From positions 186,001 to 250,000 of the forward strand of contig OZ361261.1 of assembly GCA_977018835.1 (NCBI GenBank): DNA of 64,000 nt, given 5' to 3'. This document shows, one piece after another, positions 10,681 to 22,266 of this stretch. The position numbers and the translations under genes were made by a program. Position 1 is the first letter of the stretch, and each line of letters begins with the position of its first letter. Source of the stretch: Minutocellus sp. GHC0000111. Taxonomy: Eukaryota. The notes under the pieces were generated by a model. It saw nothing but the letters and a program-made list of their open reading frames with translations, was not told the DNA's origin and did no database searches.

Positions 10681-12177
10681 TCACGTACCATGTTTCAGCT
10701 TTCGCCATATCTTTCGTCCCAAAGGCTTCGGTTCTCCATCTTCGTCATCACATCCCTCTGCAGGACCAAAAATGAGTCGCGTAAGTTCGACAAATTGGCC
10801 CGGCGATAATTCTTCGGGTCTTTTCGATGCCCAATCCTTTGGGAGCTCTTGCGACATGGCGAAGCTATCGCCATTTTCTTTAGCATTCAATATTTGTTTT
10901 GGTAAAGGAAGCGGGGACGAATCAATCATCTTCTTAGCAGCTTCCTTGTCGCCTCCACATACTTCTATTGCCAGCTTCTTGAGACCATTCCGAACTGTCT
11001 TGCGCCTCTGCTGAAAAGTTGCCGTCAAAACTCGCCGTAAATCGGCAGGCCGGACACCAGCCAGTCGCTGACGGAGAGCATTGGGGCCGATGAATCGTAG
11101 CCCAACAAGAGCCGAATCAACTTCCGGCTGTGGATAAAATACAGTCGGTGGGATCTTGAAATGTATCGTACAGTCAGCATAAAGCTGGAATACGACACTG
11201 AGAATTCCATATGCCTTGCACTTCGTCGGAGAGACAATCCGCTCCGCAACTTCGTATTGCATGGTGACAGTCGCGGATCTAACAGCACCAGTATGAGAAG
11301 CATCGGCAAGAGCAAAGAGGATCTGGCTGGTAATGTAATATGGTAGATTCCCGATGAAACTCAGCGGGCCACCTTCGTCTTCTGCGAGCTCTGGGTAATC
11401 GGTCTGGAGGACATCTTCATATCGGACTCGCAAATTGGGATGCCTTTCGCCCAGCATTTCCACCGAGCGAGGATCAATTTCGATACATTGCAAAACATCA
11501 GTGCCAAAGGTTTCCACCAATGGATCGGTCAACGCGCCCGGGCCAGGCCCAAGCTCAACCAAACGAATGCCTGGAACTTCTCCCTCGATCATGGTTTTGC
11601 CATCTGCCTTCACCTTGATCGTCTCTGATGCATCTTTGCCAAACGCACGAACAATTTTCATAACGGTGTTGCCATCGCGGAGGAAATTCTGTCCGAGCGA
11701 TTGCTTTGGCCGAAAGGATCCCGAGGGTAGTGTCGGAGTGGCAGAAGCGGAGTATTTCAATGCCTCGCTCCCATCAACGGGTGTGCTGGAATCGGCAGAC
11801 GGATCGTCCCGCGAAGCTGCTGCCGCTGCGGCAGCTGCCGCCTCAGCAGCAAGAAATGCAGGATCATCCTCCTCCCACACCCACTCTCCGTTATCGTCTT
11901 GCACCCAACCCAAGAGCTCGAAGCACTGCGGTGGTTGATGCCGAGCCGACACATGGCGATTCTGCGAAAAGGCGTGAGTCGATGGAAAGTGATGGTGGCC
12001 AAGAAGAAGAAGTAGCAACGTCACCGTGTATGTCGACGGGATTCTGGTGCTAAATGCGCAACTGTCGTCCCTGTGAGCACATTTGCTTCCCTGGCGAGTG
12101 CCTAGTCGAGCTCTTCGCAAGGCAGCCGCAGTCGTTTGGTGGCGTTTCGTCGTCATGATTTCCTTTTCGTATGGCAT
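10681..12177 (-). CDS. ksgA: Organellar KsgA/RsmA SSU rRNA dimethyltransferase
   Basis: PKQSLGQNFL, VELGPGPGALT, IGNLPYYITS, FYPQPEVDSA, FQQRRKT, RPEELS; hydrophobic leader ending THAF. Confidence 0.92.
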   Translation of the reverse strand: MPYEKEIMTTKRHQTTAAALRRARLGTRQGSKCAHRDDSCAFSTRIPSTYTVTLLLLLLGHHHFPSTHAFSQNRHVSARHQPPQCFELLGWVQDDNGEWVWEEDDPAFLAAEAAAAAAAAASRDDPSADSSTPVDGSEALKYSASATPTLPSGSFRPKQSLGQNFLRDGNTVMKIVRAFGKDASETIKVKADGKTMIEGEVPGIRLVELGPGPGALTDPLVETFGTDVLQCIEIDPRSVEMLGERHPNLRVRYEDVLQTDYPELAEDEGGPLSFIGNLPYYITSQILFALADASHTGAVRSATVTMQYEVAERIVSPTKCKAYGILSVVFQLYADCTIHFKIPPTVFYPQPEVDSALVGLRFIGPNALRQRLAGVRPADLRRVLTATFQQRRKTVRNGLKKLAIEVCGGDKEAAKKMIDSSPLPLPKQILNAKENGDSFAMSQELPKDWASKRPEELSPGQFVELTRLIFGPAEGCDDEDGEPKPLGRKIWRKLKHGT

Positions 12178-12464
12178 GGTGTAGTCAAGCCGAAGATGGC
12201 CGGGAGAGATTGTGGGGTCGATGCGGCGGAGATCTCTACCAGCTGGTACTGTAAGATGTAGATCTCTACCATACGTAGCTACCTACCGGTACTGAAGCCA
12301 TGGTGCTCTCTAGGGGGCTAGTTAGAAAAGCACGCGTAGGAATAATGGATTATCTATTTAGTTACCGTAGACTGCGGTATGAACAGTGTACCGGCACGGT
12401 AGGAACTGAAATAGAATTCGTACTGGTATCTGTGAGCTCACTCGTCGACCTTTCACTCGACCTT

Positions 12465-15400
12465 TCACCCTTGGCGTTCGTGAGCGGCCAGTAACTTTTC
12501 CAATTCGTCAATTGATAAATTCTTCAGTTTTTCTACCAGTTGTCGCTTGCGATCGCTCCGTGATGCAGAAGACGAGGTCTTTGCTTTAGAGTGCTTTGCT
12601 TTTCGACCGTGTGTCTTCGATTCTTTTGATCCGTCAGGAGGCGAATTCAAAGTAGCCATCTGTCCTAACCTCTGGCTGATATTGCGGCATCTCAAAAAGA
12701 AATGCGTGGGGTTTTCCTTCATACCGAGGGCCTTTTCGAGACTTCTCAGGTCCTCAAGATAAAACAGAACTCCCATTCTACAAGCTTCTGGGAGCTGTGC
12801 AAATTTTTGGATAACGACATTGCCTTTTGTCTGGGGTAGGTGGACATCTGCACGATTTCGCTTCCCGTACTCGAATTTTACTCGGTTTAGAACGCTGTGA
12901 ATAGAAAAGCCTTCTTCGGAAGAGGATTGTCCTGAAAGGGTTGTGGCGGGAAAAGCACACTTGATGTGGGGGCGCATGTTGAATTTACCACCGTCTAATC
13001 TGGCTGTATATTCCAGCAGTGACGGCAGTGGTGTCGATGCCTTCGTTGAAACTGATGCCTCAGAAGATGCGTCATGGTCACTCTCCTTAGTGGTGCTCCC
13101 CATTACCGATGCCATTGCTTCCTTTTTTGCTCTCATTACGTCGGAATTGAAATCAGGAGGTAGGTCGGCATCGAGCGATCCTAGTTTGACGTCGATACAG
13201 CGTCGTCTCATTGGCAAGCCATGGGTTGGATTGACTTCAGACGGTACAGGAATGTTGATGAAGCGAAAGTGAACGGCATTTTCTTGGCGGTGTAAAAGCC
13301 GTAACGCATCAAATGATGAGGATACTCCCAGAATTGTGGCGGCTGTGCATAGCTGTGTTGGTTGTGCTGTGCAATTTTCTTGGGAGTTTGCGGCACTGAT
13401 ATTCTCAGCTGGGTCCAGTCCCAAACGCACCAGCCTCTTGCGGCAAACACCTCTGAGCTCATAGAGTAGAATCTGACCGATGCTTATCCGCATGTCCTTA
13501 AATGCGAGCTCTTTTGCATTGAGGTTTTGAGAGTCAACCGTAAGTGCATCGAGCTGCATTTCCCAATAGGTGAACGCTAGTCCATCCTCTTTGGTCCCAT
13601 CGCTCTTCATGGCTTGTAACCGAAGGCAAACACTCGCAAGATGAACACCGACAATATGGACAGCTTCTGGCTTCATAAAAGAAGGAAACCCATTCTCTTC
13701 CGAATCATTCGGAGTCCCTTCCGCTTCTGCTGCAACTATTTGGTCATTAGAAATGGAAGCAGAATCCGTCTCGTCATTTCCGATCTTGGCATCCTGCGAG
13801 GTCCCGGGAGAGAAGAGTGACTTCAATGCATTCAGTGACTCCAATCCCTGCCGTTCGATGTTCACTTCAATGGGGTCGGTAATTGCGAAAAATAAAACAA
13901 GGCCGGGCAATGGCATCACTTCGTCTTGCTCCATTTCATATTTTTCTTCCGAAGATGATTGAACGACATAAGACCAACACTGCGAGCAATCATGAGATGG
14001 AAGGTGACTGTGCTCCTTGCAACCGTGCCTTCGCATACCTCTGCCTATTCGGTGGAAGTTGCTCGGTATTGGGATCGTCTCGATTTCATTATTGGTAGCT
14101 TCGTCTTCGGGAATCTCTCCTTTTTCCATGTGGTCCAACATTCCATCATTGTTTGGTGCCACTCCAGCAGAGAAATAATCCGTCCCCATCATTACCAATT
14201 CGCCGTCGTAATCGAAATAGTAGTCTTGAGCCTCATCAGCTGTTGCATAGTTCGTATTAGTCTCGGCAGCAGCCACTGCCTCCAGCTCCTTGCGTCTGCC
14301 AAACAAGATTCGAGCACTGACATCGAGACCAGAAAGCCTCAGAAGACACATATCCATCGCAGATGCAAAGGTCTTGACCGCCCATCTAGTAGATGAAAGT
14401 TCCGACGATGAAGCGCAGCTTGGAATATTTGGTCGCCCGGCATAATACTGCGGATAGCGCCTCTTATCCTGCAGAGGTGATATGACCTGAATAAAAATGC
14501 CGCCTTCGGGTCCTTTCCCAGTTCGGACTCTTTTACGTAGAAACTCGTTCAGTGTATCGTCGATACCACCCTCGCGGAATGAGGGAGCATTGCGTATTTG
14601 ACCCAGCGGGCCGCCTTCATTGTTGTTGCGAGCGTGGGCCAGAAAGTCATCTTCCCCACCAGTGACAGAGAGAAAGTCGATCCCAACAATGTACGTTGTG
14701 GATGATGAGTTGTCGTCAGCGTAATTTTCACCTTCACCATCAGTGGGCGTAGACGTTTCGTCATTGTTCGCATCTGTGCCTTTGTCAGCATCGGCACCGG
14801 CTTCGCTCGAGCCTCTCCCTTTCAAGACAATTCTGACTCGACAGTCGCGTAAATATAGGTTTGGTATAGCGGCCAGGTAGCGAGCAAGTCTGGAGTTTTG
14901 CATCACCCGATCCTCTGTCGTGGAGCTAGCACTCATCGAAGCAGCCTTTACCGATCTCTCTGCCTCCTTTACATCATCAGCAGTAGCAGCATCACCTGCT
15001 CCGGCTGCCCCTGTATCGTCAATGCTAGATATCGGTTTAGGCGCGATTTCTAATACAAGATCTGCATCTTCCACCGTGATGTGGTAGTCCTTGCCCACAA
15101 TCTTGGCATTAAGTGTGCCGATTCTCCCTCCATGGCCGACTCTCAATTCCATAATTTCCTCGATGGTAGATTCTTCTCCGTAGTATTCATATTCTTCTTC
15201 TTCGTCTTTCTCTGCATTTTCCTTTTCAATCGGTATAGATTCTCCGTATTCGTTGGCAGTCCCGATGCCATCTAATGTTTCAACCTGGTAACCAGTGCTT
15301 CTAGGCAAGGGCCGTATCGGCGGAAGAGCAGCATCACCAGATGTACCATCTTCCCCTCCTAGAGTATCATCTGGCAACAGGATTCTTTCTGCGTCTGCTG

Positions 15401-16253
15401 CTGTGTCAGCACCAGTAGGATCAAGATTTCCCCTAGTAGTAGCCCCCTTTCCTCCCCGGGCAAAGCATACCCAGCTTGGACCGGTAGGCGTCGGTGGGTT
15501 TGAGCCAGTGGAGTAGGGTGTTCGGGTGCCGCTCACAAAGCTCGCTGCACTTCGGGGAGGACTGGCATAGCCCATGATTCGTCCTCCGCGTCCATGATCA
15601 TCAATGTCAAGATCCATGTCGAAATCTCTGCTATTGGCGTCATCCTCCCTGTCGCTGCCTAGAAGAACTCCATCGCAGTCGCTGTTGGGAAACGACGAAT
15701 CGCACTCTTCTCCATACGATGTCTTTGGGGACAGATAAACACCAGCATTGTCGCCCATGCCCATCGATCCAGGTGTGCCAGGTGACATTGCCACTGCCGC
15801 TTCATTTCCTCTGGCGCCATTGTCATGAATGAATTCAGGTGGAGGCTGCATAGGCGTCTGTGGTGCCTGGTCCATAGTCATCGCTCCATGTTCCGCCGAT
15901 TGCTGATGGACTTCCTGCTCCAGGTCTGGCCTTGGCACATCACTCGGCCTCGGCCTCTTCTTCCGCTTGCGCCGCACTGTGGCGGCCCTCTTCCTCCGCC
16001 CGGGAAGCGTCATCAGCGTCACACCCTCCCGCAGTCGCACGTTGGAGAGGTGGATCCCCCACCCCCCTGCTCCGGTCTCGGGTCCGTCATCACCGCCACC
16101 ATCGGCGGCAGGTCGGCCACCACTGCCATCCTTGCTCGGCCCGGCATCGCCATAGGGGATGTACACAGAGTCAACGTCAATGTCCAGAAGATACTTCGAC
16201 AGGACCGTCCGGAGCGTGCGGGCGAGGAACCACCTGGCCGTGTATCGGAGCAT
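12465..16253 (-). CDS. Large uncharacterised protein with a possible Chorein-N (VPS13/ATG2-like) N-terminus
   Basis: Open ORF of about 1260 aa; N-terminal LRTVLSKYLLDID..IHLSNVRLR and later beta-rich segments. Family assignment is tentative. Confidence 0.6.
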   Translation of the reverse strand: MLRYTARWFLARTLRTVLSKYLLDIDVDSVYIPYGDAGPSKDGSGGRPAADGGGDDGPETGAGGWGIHLSNVRLREGVTLMTLPGRRKRAATVRRKRKKRPRPSDVPRPDLEQEVHQQSAEHGAMTMDQAPQTPMQPPPEFIHDNGARGNEAAVAMSPGTPGSMGMGDNAGVYLSPKTSYGEECDSSFPNSDCDGVLLGSDREDDANSRDFDMDLDIDDHGRGGRIMGYASPPRSAASFVSGTRTPYSTGSNPPTPTGPSWVCFARGGKGATTRGNLDPTGADTAADAERILLPDDTLGGEDGTSGDAALPPIRPLPRSTGYQVETLDGIGTANEYGESIPIEKENAEKDEEEEYEYYGEESTIEEIMELRVGHGGRIGTLNAKIVGKDYHITVEDADLVLEIAPKPISSIDDTGAAGAGDAATADDVKEAERSVKAASMSASSTTEDRVMQNSRLARYLAAIPNLYLRDCRVRIVLKGRGSSEAGADADKGTDANNDETSTPTDGEGENYADDNSSSTTYIVGIDFLSVTGGEDDFLAHARNNNEGGPLGQIRNAPSFREGGIDDTLNEFLRKRVRTGKGPEGGIFIQVISPLQDKRRYPQYYAGRPNIPSCASSSELSSTRWAVKTFASAMDMCLLRLSGLDVSARILFGRRKELEAVAAAETNTNYATADEAQDYYFDYDGELVMMGTDYFSAGVAPNNDGMLDHMEKGEIPEDEATNNEIETIPIPSNFHRIGRGMRRHGCKEHSHLPSHDCSQCWSYVVQSSSEEKYEMEQDEVMPLPGLVLFFAITDPIEVNIERQGLESLNALKSLFSPGTSQDAKIGNDETDSASISNDQIVAAEAEGTPNDSEENGFPSFMKPEAVHIVGVHLASVCLRLQAMKSDGTKEDGLAFTYWEMQLDALTVDSQNLNAKELAFKDMRISIGQILLYELRGVCRKRLVRLGLDPAENISAANSQENCTAQPTQLCTAATILGVSSSFDALRLLHRQENAVHFRFINIPVPSEVNPTHGLPMRRRCIDVKLGSLDADLPPDFNSDVMRAKKEAMASVMGSTTKESDHDASSEASVSTKASTPLPSLLEYTARLDGGKFNMRPHIKCAFPATTLSGQSSSEEGFSIHSVLNRVKFEYGKRNRADVHLPQTKGNVVIQKFAQLPEACRMGVLFYLEDLRSLEKALGMKENPTHFFLRCRNISQRLGQMATLNSPPDGSKESKTHGRKAKHSKAKTSSSASRSDRKRQLVEKLKNLSIDELEKLLAAHERQG

Positions 16254-16621
16254 CTTGTCTTTCTCTCTCCTCTCTCTTTTTCGGCACAAGGCAAAAAAAA
16301 CGACGAAAAATGAAGATACGGCCGATCGTAGCAGCCCACCAGCGGAAATGAACTACCAGAAAGATGCACCAACAAGCCAAAGAGCACAAGTACACTCTTG
16401 ACTCAAGCCCACTATCGATTTATCATTTGATACTACTAAAGTTGCTCTGCTCTCCTGTCGAGCAATAGTAGGCGTGGCAGTTGGTTCACTTCGTTCGGTT
16501 CGCCTTGCTTTTCACTTTCGAAGAGCTTTTTAGGGGTATCCCGAGACTGGTCCCCTCCCACCGCTACCGGCCTCCGCTCCAGTCACTGCTCCACTTGTCG
16601 TGTGCCCTTCAACCACCAACC

Positions 16622-17314
16622 ATGGACTACGAGGGACAGAAGCTCAGCGAGCTCCTCTTCCACATCATCATCCTCGCCTTTGGGGGCGTGGGGTGGATAT
16701 TCGGATACTTCGCGCAGGACTTTAGCTACGTGTTCTACGCGTGGGCTGCCGGCACCGCCATTAGCGTTGTGGTGAGTTTTTGGAGGCTGAGGCACCGTCA
16801 CCTGTCGGAACGTCGATGATGTTGAGGGGTACATGCATGTGTGTTCTTGATGCGCTTTGTGATTTATTTTTAAATTGTTCTATTGGGGAGGATGAAAGGT
16901 GCAGTGGTGTATGATTGTGTCATTTGGTACATGTCTTGTGTTTCGTCTCACCCATTTCTATTTCTCTTTGCTTGGCAAACATTGTTGTCGTTTGTGGTGG
17001 GTGTACCGTACCGCTTCTCTCGCTTATTGATTCGGCACCTCGCTATGCTGCCGCGGTCGTTCGTTATCTTCGGTGTTGGTGTTCCGACGTGTGGCGCGAA
17101 TCTCTATCTTTCGTGGGGTGTGATTGTGGGCGATTTCAATTCCAAACCTGTCGGCTTCCACCTTGGTTATTCGGTTTCGGACTTGCTCTCTATCGCGTTG
17201 CGTTGGGTTCGGGGACCTCAGCTTTGCGTCCCAGACTGGCCGTTTTACAACAGACATCCAGTCAAATGGCTGGATCAAATACCAACGAGTGCGCCAGAAA
17301 AGAAAACAAATTAA
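16622..17314 (+). CDS. SPCS1: Signal peptidase complex subunit 1 (Spc12)
   Basis: Exons 16622-16771 and 17222-17314: MDYEGQKLSE, two TM helices, VPDWPFYNRHPVKWL. Confidence 0.93.
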
Positions 17315-17401
17315 TGTGTGCCGCGTTGATGTAACATATCATTTAGGGGCATATTATTTTGCTTATATGTTGAATTATGTTTGTTTCGAATGTTTCATTT
17401 C

Positions 17402-20400
17402 CTACGACTTATCAAGGATTCTATTTATGGATATCTCGATTAAATCGAGGTCGGCCGCAAGAGGGATGCTAGCAAAGTAGTCGGCGTCGGTTCTGTAAAT
17501 TGCAAAACCAAGCTGATCGGTGATAAGATCCAGCCCTCCCGGCACACGCGCAATCCGATCAAAGATCTTATTGCTCAATTTGAAGCGGCGGAATCGGCTT
17601 GCGTGTGGGTCCTTCTTTGTATTGTCAAGATATTTCTTCGCGGTTTCGGCTATCTGACGAAACGAATCGGAGTTCAATCCACTTCCATCAGGTTGGAACT
17701 TCGCACCACCAGTAGTCGTCTTTTGGTAGAAACCGACACGGCCACCTTCACTGACTTCCTCCCAGTCGCCACCGACATTATCTCCTGGAACATAAATAGT
17801 GCAAGTCCATGGAACATCGTTCAAAGCACCAGTAGGTAATTCAGGACGAGAAATGCTTTGGTGCTTTTGGCCCTCTGAATATATCTGAATTGCCTTGGCT
17901 GCTGCAGCGTTCGGGGCCAAGCCCTCTTTGCCGACGAGGTCGGTGAATATCGCCTTGATTTGCTCCTGAGGACTGATGCTGGGCGAAGCACTTTCTTCGG
18001 TATCGTCACTAGTCTCTGACGGATCACGAACAAGATATTCATTGCTTTCGGAATCACCTACCGCATCCTCGTCGCCATCAGCACAGGAAAGAGCGAGGCT
18101 CTCCATGATGCTCGTGCTCTCCGGAGGAAGTAATTGGACCCAACGTTTGGTGACCAATTCAGTGATGGCATCATCTCCTCTCTGACAAGCAATCGCGACC
18201 TCTGAGCGACTCTGATCGGCTGGTACTACGACCGCACCAGTAATTGCGTCCAAAACAATCAGAGCTGGAATCCCACGGACACCAAACCTCATCGAAAGTG
18301 ATTGCTTGATAGCCTGTTTATCAAAAGGCAGTGATAGCCACGGCATCTTACCATAGTACTGGTTGAACTGATCTTGATCTCGATCGCTGGATACAAACAC
18401 AATTTCAAGACCATGGGAGGGCAGAGGACCTTCTTTCAGAGTCGTGTACAATTCAGCAAGCATAGGAGAAAATTTTCGGCTAACAAGAAAAATAAAATAT
18501 CGATCATGGAAAGGATGAGAGGTTCAATTGATACAGTGTGAGAGAGAATGAAAGAAGAAAGGTTTTCACCATCGAATGAGCAGAGGAGTGGGAGAAGTTC
18601 CACCTTCAGAATGATTTACGCACCATGGGCCACACCAGTTCGCCGAGAAATATAAGGCCACGAATTTTGCATTGTGAAGGGCTGTTGTTGTTTCTACCAC
18701 CGAGACATTTCCCGAAGTGTCCTTGGAAAGGAGAGAGGGTCCAAGCAAGTTATTGTAGAAATCAGAATCCGTCGGAATATCAAAGCTCGGCACGAGAGAG
18801 TCCGGTGTGCCTTCAGATGAGTAATTTGCATCTTCTTCGGGAACAAGTACCCCAGGTAGGTAATGGTGCGTTGTCCAATCTTTTCTTGCATCGCCTTTCG
18901 ATTCGTTGTGAGAGCGCTCAAACGGAAAGCTTGCTACAGACAGTAGGTAAACTGGCGCACCTTCTCGCGTTGTATAACCCAAACAAATACTCTTTTTTGA
19001 ATCTTCGCTCTCAATAAAGCCAACAAAGGCGGCTCTTTTCTGCTGTTCATTGGCCAAAATCTGGGTCCCGAGCGGCATGAAAGACTCTGGTAGCCTGCAA
19101 CAGACGGATCTGGGCGCAGTGTTGCGTTCCACTCGAAGCTTTAGATTCGATTTATCCAGTAGAGAGGAAATGTTAAGGGTAACATTGATCGCATGGACGC
19201 TAGCACATGGCACTGACTTGAATACAGCCCAATCCGGATTGCGATTCAGTTGACCTACAAAAAGTAGCACCTCATGCAAAATAGCCTCGCTCTCGTCATT
19301 ATTTTTCTCAGAACCAGATGCTGATGCTTTTTCCAAGTCAAAGCCACCGAGGCGAGATAGTTTGAGTTGGGTGGGCACATCCAGCGAAGTTTCACCTTGC
19401 TTGTCAGCATGCATGGCAACAATCCGCTCATTTGGCACGGAATGCAGAAAGTAAGCGGCGGTATCCCAGCTGGCAAAGAACGAGATTGCAGCACGCACCC
19501 TGTTTGTTCGTCAAAAATAACAATTGATATCGAATTGGCTGTTCCAGCAGCGCAATGAGCTCCATTTATGACGATTGAGTCCGAGGAGGAATTGACAGTC
19601 GATCCAGAAGTAACAGTAATAGAAATCACGCTGCTGTTGTCGAATGGACATGGGTAAATGCTCTCGACGTGGAGGCGACCGGTTGAATTTCCGTTGTCAG
19701 CCTCGTTGTCGTTACCGCTTTGGCTTCCCGTGCCATCTCCCAACTCTTGCCTCGCAGCTCTCCAGGCTAAAGAGCCACTAATTCTGCCCTCATTGTAAAG
19801 GTTGCCTTCCCAATTACCACTCTGCTGGGCCAGATGAAAGAATTTCTTTTCCTCTGATGCCCTTCGATCTAGCTCATCCTGACGAGCCTTGCTCAGATTG
19901 CTCCGGCTACGAAGAGAAGCATTGATTTGAGCAATTATCGTGTCACCAACTTCCTCCGATGGTGTTACCTCTCTTCGCCGAGCCTGCATTTCATTGCTCA
20001 GGATGTTGCGAGAGTATCTTCCAGTCACATCGGCGACCTGACCAGCTCCTTCGCTAGACAGCGCAATGATGTACCTCAACTTCTTCCCCCAGCCATGCTC
20101 GTACATGCTGGGCTCATCAATCTTTCCCTCGCATGCGTCCGCATGGATCCAACTTCCTCTGCGATCGCTCCACACTTCCACCCATACGTGGTCTGTAAAA
20201 TCAGAAATGTATCGCGTTTCAAAGCCAACAGCACGACAGTATAATCCAAATAAATTCGCCCACTCGCCACACCGTCCTCTTCTGGTCTCGAACAGCTTGC
20301 CAGCAGAATTGTATCGTGGGAATGTGGTCGTCTGGCGACCATCGCATGACGGGCAGTTATACACTGTGCGATCAATTTTTTGTTTTGTGCAAGGAAGAAA

Positions 20401-20977
20401 GAAATGACAAGTGAGCCATGAGCGAGTGATAAGTATTAAAACTGATTGGAACAATAAATCTTGAAGCTGTTGCATTGAAACAACGAATTTGAGAGCTTGA
20501 CTTACGCTCGACTCTGCCGGCCTGACCCTGCACTTCCTCGGTCGTCATCGGTCCTCTTATTCCGCAATTGGTGGTGTTGGTATCTCCGCAGCTGTCACAG
20601 CATGGATTCTTGACCCAAGTCATCACATGCAGCTTGAAATAGAGAGTCAGACGTTTCAATAACAAATCGTCACCCTCGTATGATGCATCATCATCTCGTG
20701 CGTAGGGAGACGTGTGACTTTGACTAGCTGTGTCATCCTCTGCCGACTGAAATACACGACGTGGAAACATGTGACGAAGAAGAGCATCGCCCGGGGGCGG
20801 GGTAGAGCCGACACCATCGTCGTCAACCCCGTCGTTCCGATGGACATTGGCATACCATTCGGGAAGCAACTTCTGAAATGGGATGGAATCTCTGACGGTC
20901 TTGAGGAGCTGGGGATCCTCCCAGGCCTTGGCCGTCTGCAGACCAGACGCAATGCGGCTCGAGAGTGGATCAGACAT
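17402..20977 (-). CDS. PNG1: Peptide:N-glycanase fused to nucleoredoxin-like thioredoxin and PUB-like domains
   Basis: CDSC/CPSC zinc sites, FPRYN, TRRGRCGEWAN, TDHVWVEVW, WIHADACE; spliced YFSANWCGPCRKFSP..EIVFVSSDRD..GIPALIVLD; C-terminal KYLDN..RFRRFKLSNKIF. Introns 20364-20505 and 18480-18623; frameshift near 19480. Confidence 0.88.
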
Positions 20978-21185
20978 GATGATACGAGCTATTGAGCGGG
21001 CCCCTGGTGGTGCCTCTGGCGAGCTTGGCCTTGGGTTGCGGTTGCCGATAGCGATGAGTGAGCCTGATCCCTGATCATCACAATGCATGTGGCGGTGCAT
21101 TATAATTCCGGGTGTTTTCTTTTCGACGCAACGGAACCATCAGCGCCAGCTCTCATTCAACGAACTCTTCGGAACGGAACGCAAG

Positions 21186-21770
21186 ATGGTACCGTTACGT
21201 GGTCTCCTCTTGCTTTTGGCGGTCCCCGCCTCGGCCTTTGTAGTCGTTCCAGATCGATCTGCTGGTACTAGTAGGCCGCTCATTTCCGAAACGCAACACA
21301 TTGTCAATCGCGCCGTGCGCCAGTTCCAACTACTCCATGCATCCTCCTCCTCGGAGGCAGATGCAGCAGCGGCCGATGCTTCAATAGAAGACGATGTTGA
21401 TGATGATGACGATGACGACGATGACACGGTGATCCACATCAAGAGCAAGGCAATGGAAAGACTGCGCGAGCTGAAATCGAAGCAAGAGGACCCTTCGGCA
21501 CCAATGATATTAAGAATGGGCGTTAGGTCTGGGGGGTGTTCGGGCATGAGCTATGTAATGGACTTCACAACTGAAGATGATGTGAATGAGGACGACGAGA
21601 TTGACGAATATCCCGAGGACGGCATCAAGTGCGTGGTAGATGCCAAGTCGTTGTTGTTCCTGTATGGGTTGGAGTTGGACTATTCGGATGAGTTGATTGG
21701 CGGTGGGTTCAAATTCTTCAACCCCAACGCCGAGGATGAATGTGGCTGTGGTTCGAGCTTTGGTGTATAG
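21186..21770 (+). CDS. iscA: Plastid A-type Fe-S cluster carrier (IscA/SufA)
   Basis: [41 protein letters not shown]; signal peptide plus ASAF motif. Confidence 0.93.
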   Translation: MVPLRGLLLLLAVPASAFVVVPDRSAGTSRPLISETQHIVNRAVRQFQLLHASSSSEADAAAADASIEDDVDDDDDDDDDTVIHIKSKAMERLRELKSKQEDPSAPMILRMGVRSGGCSGMSYVMDFTTEDDVNEDDEIDEYPEDGIKCVVDAKSLLFLYGLELDYSDELIGGGFKFFNPNAEDECGCGSSFGV

Positions 21771-22266
21771 ACCTACCTGGACCTTGAAGAAACCAGCCTA
21801 CTGGCACTTGACTATCGTTGCGTCGTTGCGTCGTTGCTTGCGACCGCCTCCATCGCGTGGAAATGGGAGATAACTTGACTTGACCCCCAAAGTGAGAGCA
21901 GTGGTAGATCTAATATGTGCCACATCCTCTTAATTTTAATCTTAAATAGGGATCCCTACTTGGTAATTTGTCCAAGGAGGGGGCTCTTCTTTGTGCCTGT
22001 CGCTCCTTTGCATCTCTCCATTTGACCAGCCCGCCCACACTCAGTAGCAATCTCTGATCGATCGATCACCAGAGTGTGTGGGGCGTGGACTCACTCGACT
22101 CGCTTGACTCGAGTAGAGTGAGGGGTGGCGTGCAATGTGGCGTGGTGGGGTGGACTCGACTCGCGAAGCAATGCCGACCAACCATGCCTTGCCGTTTCTC
22201 ATTCAAGAGACCATTACCACATAACCACCTCATTCCTCACTGAAGCCGACGACTACGAGACAAGCC

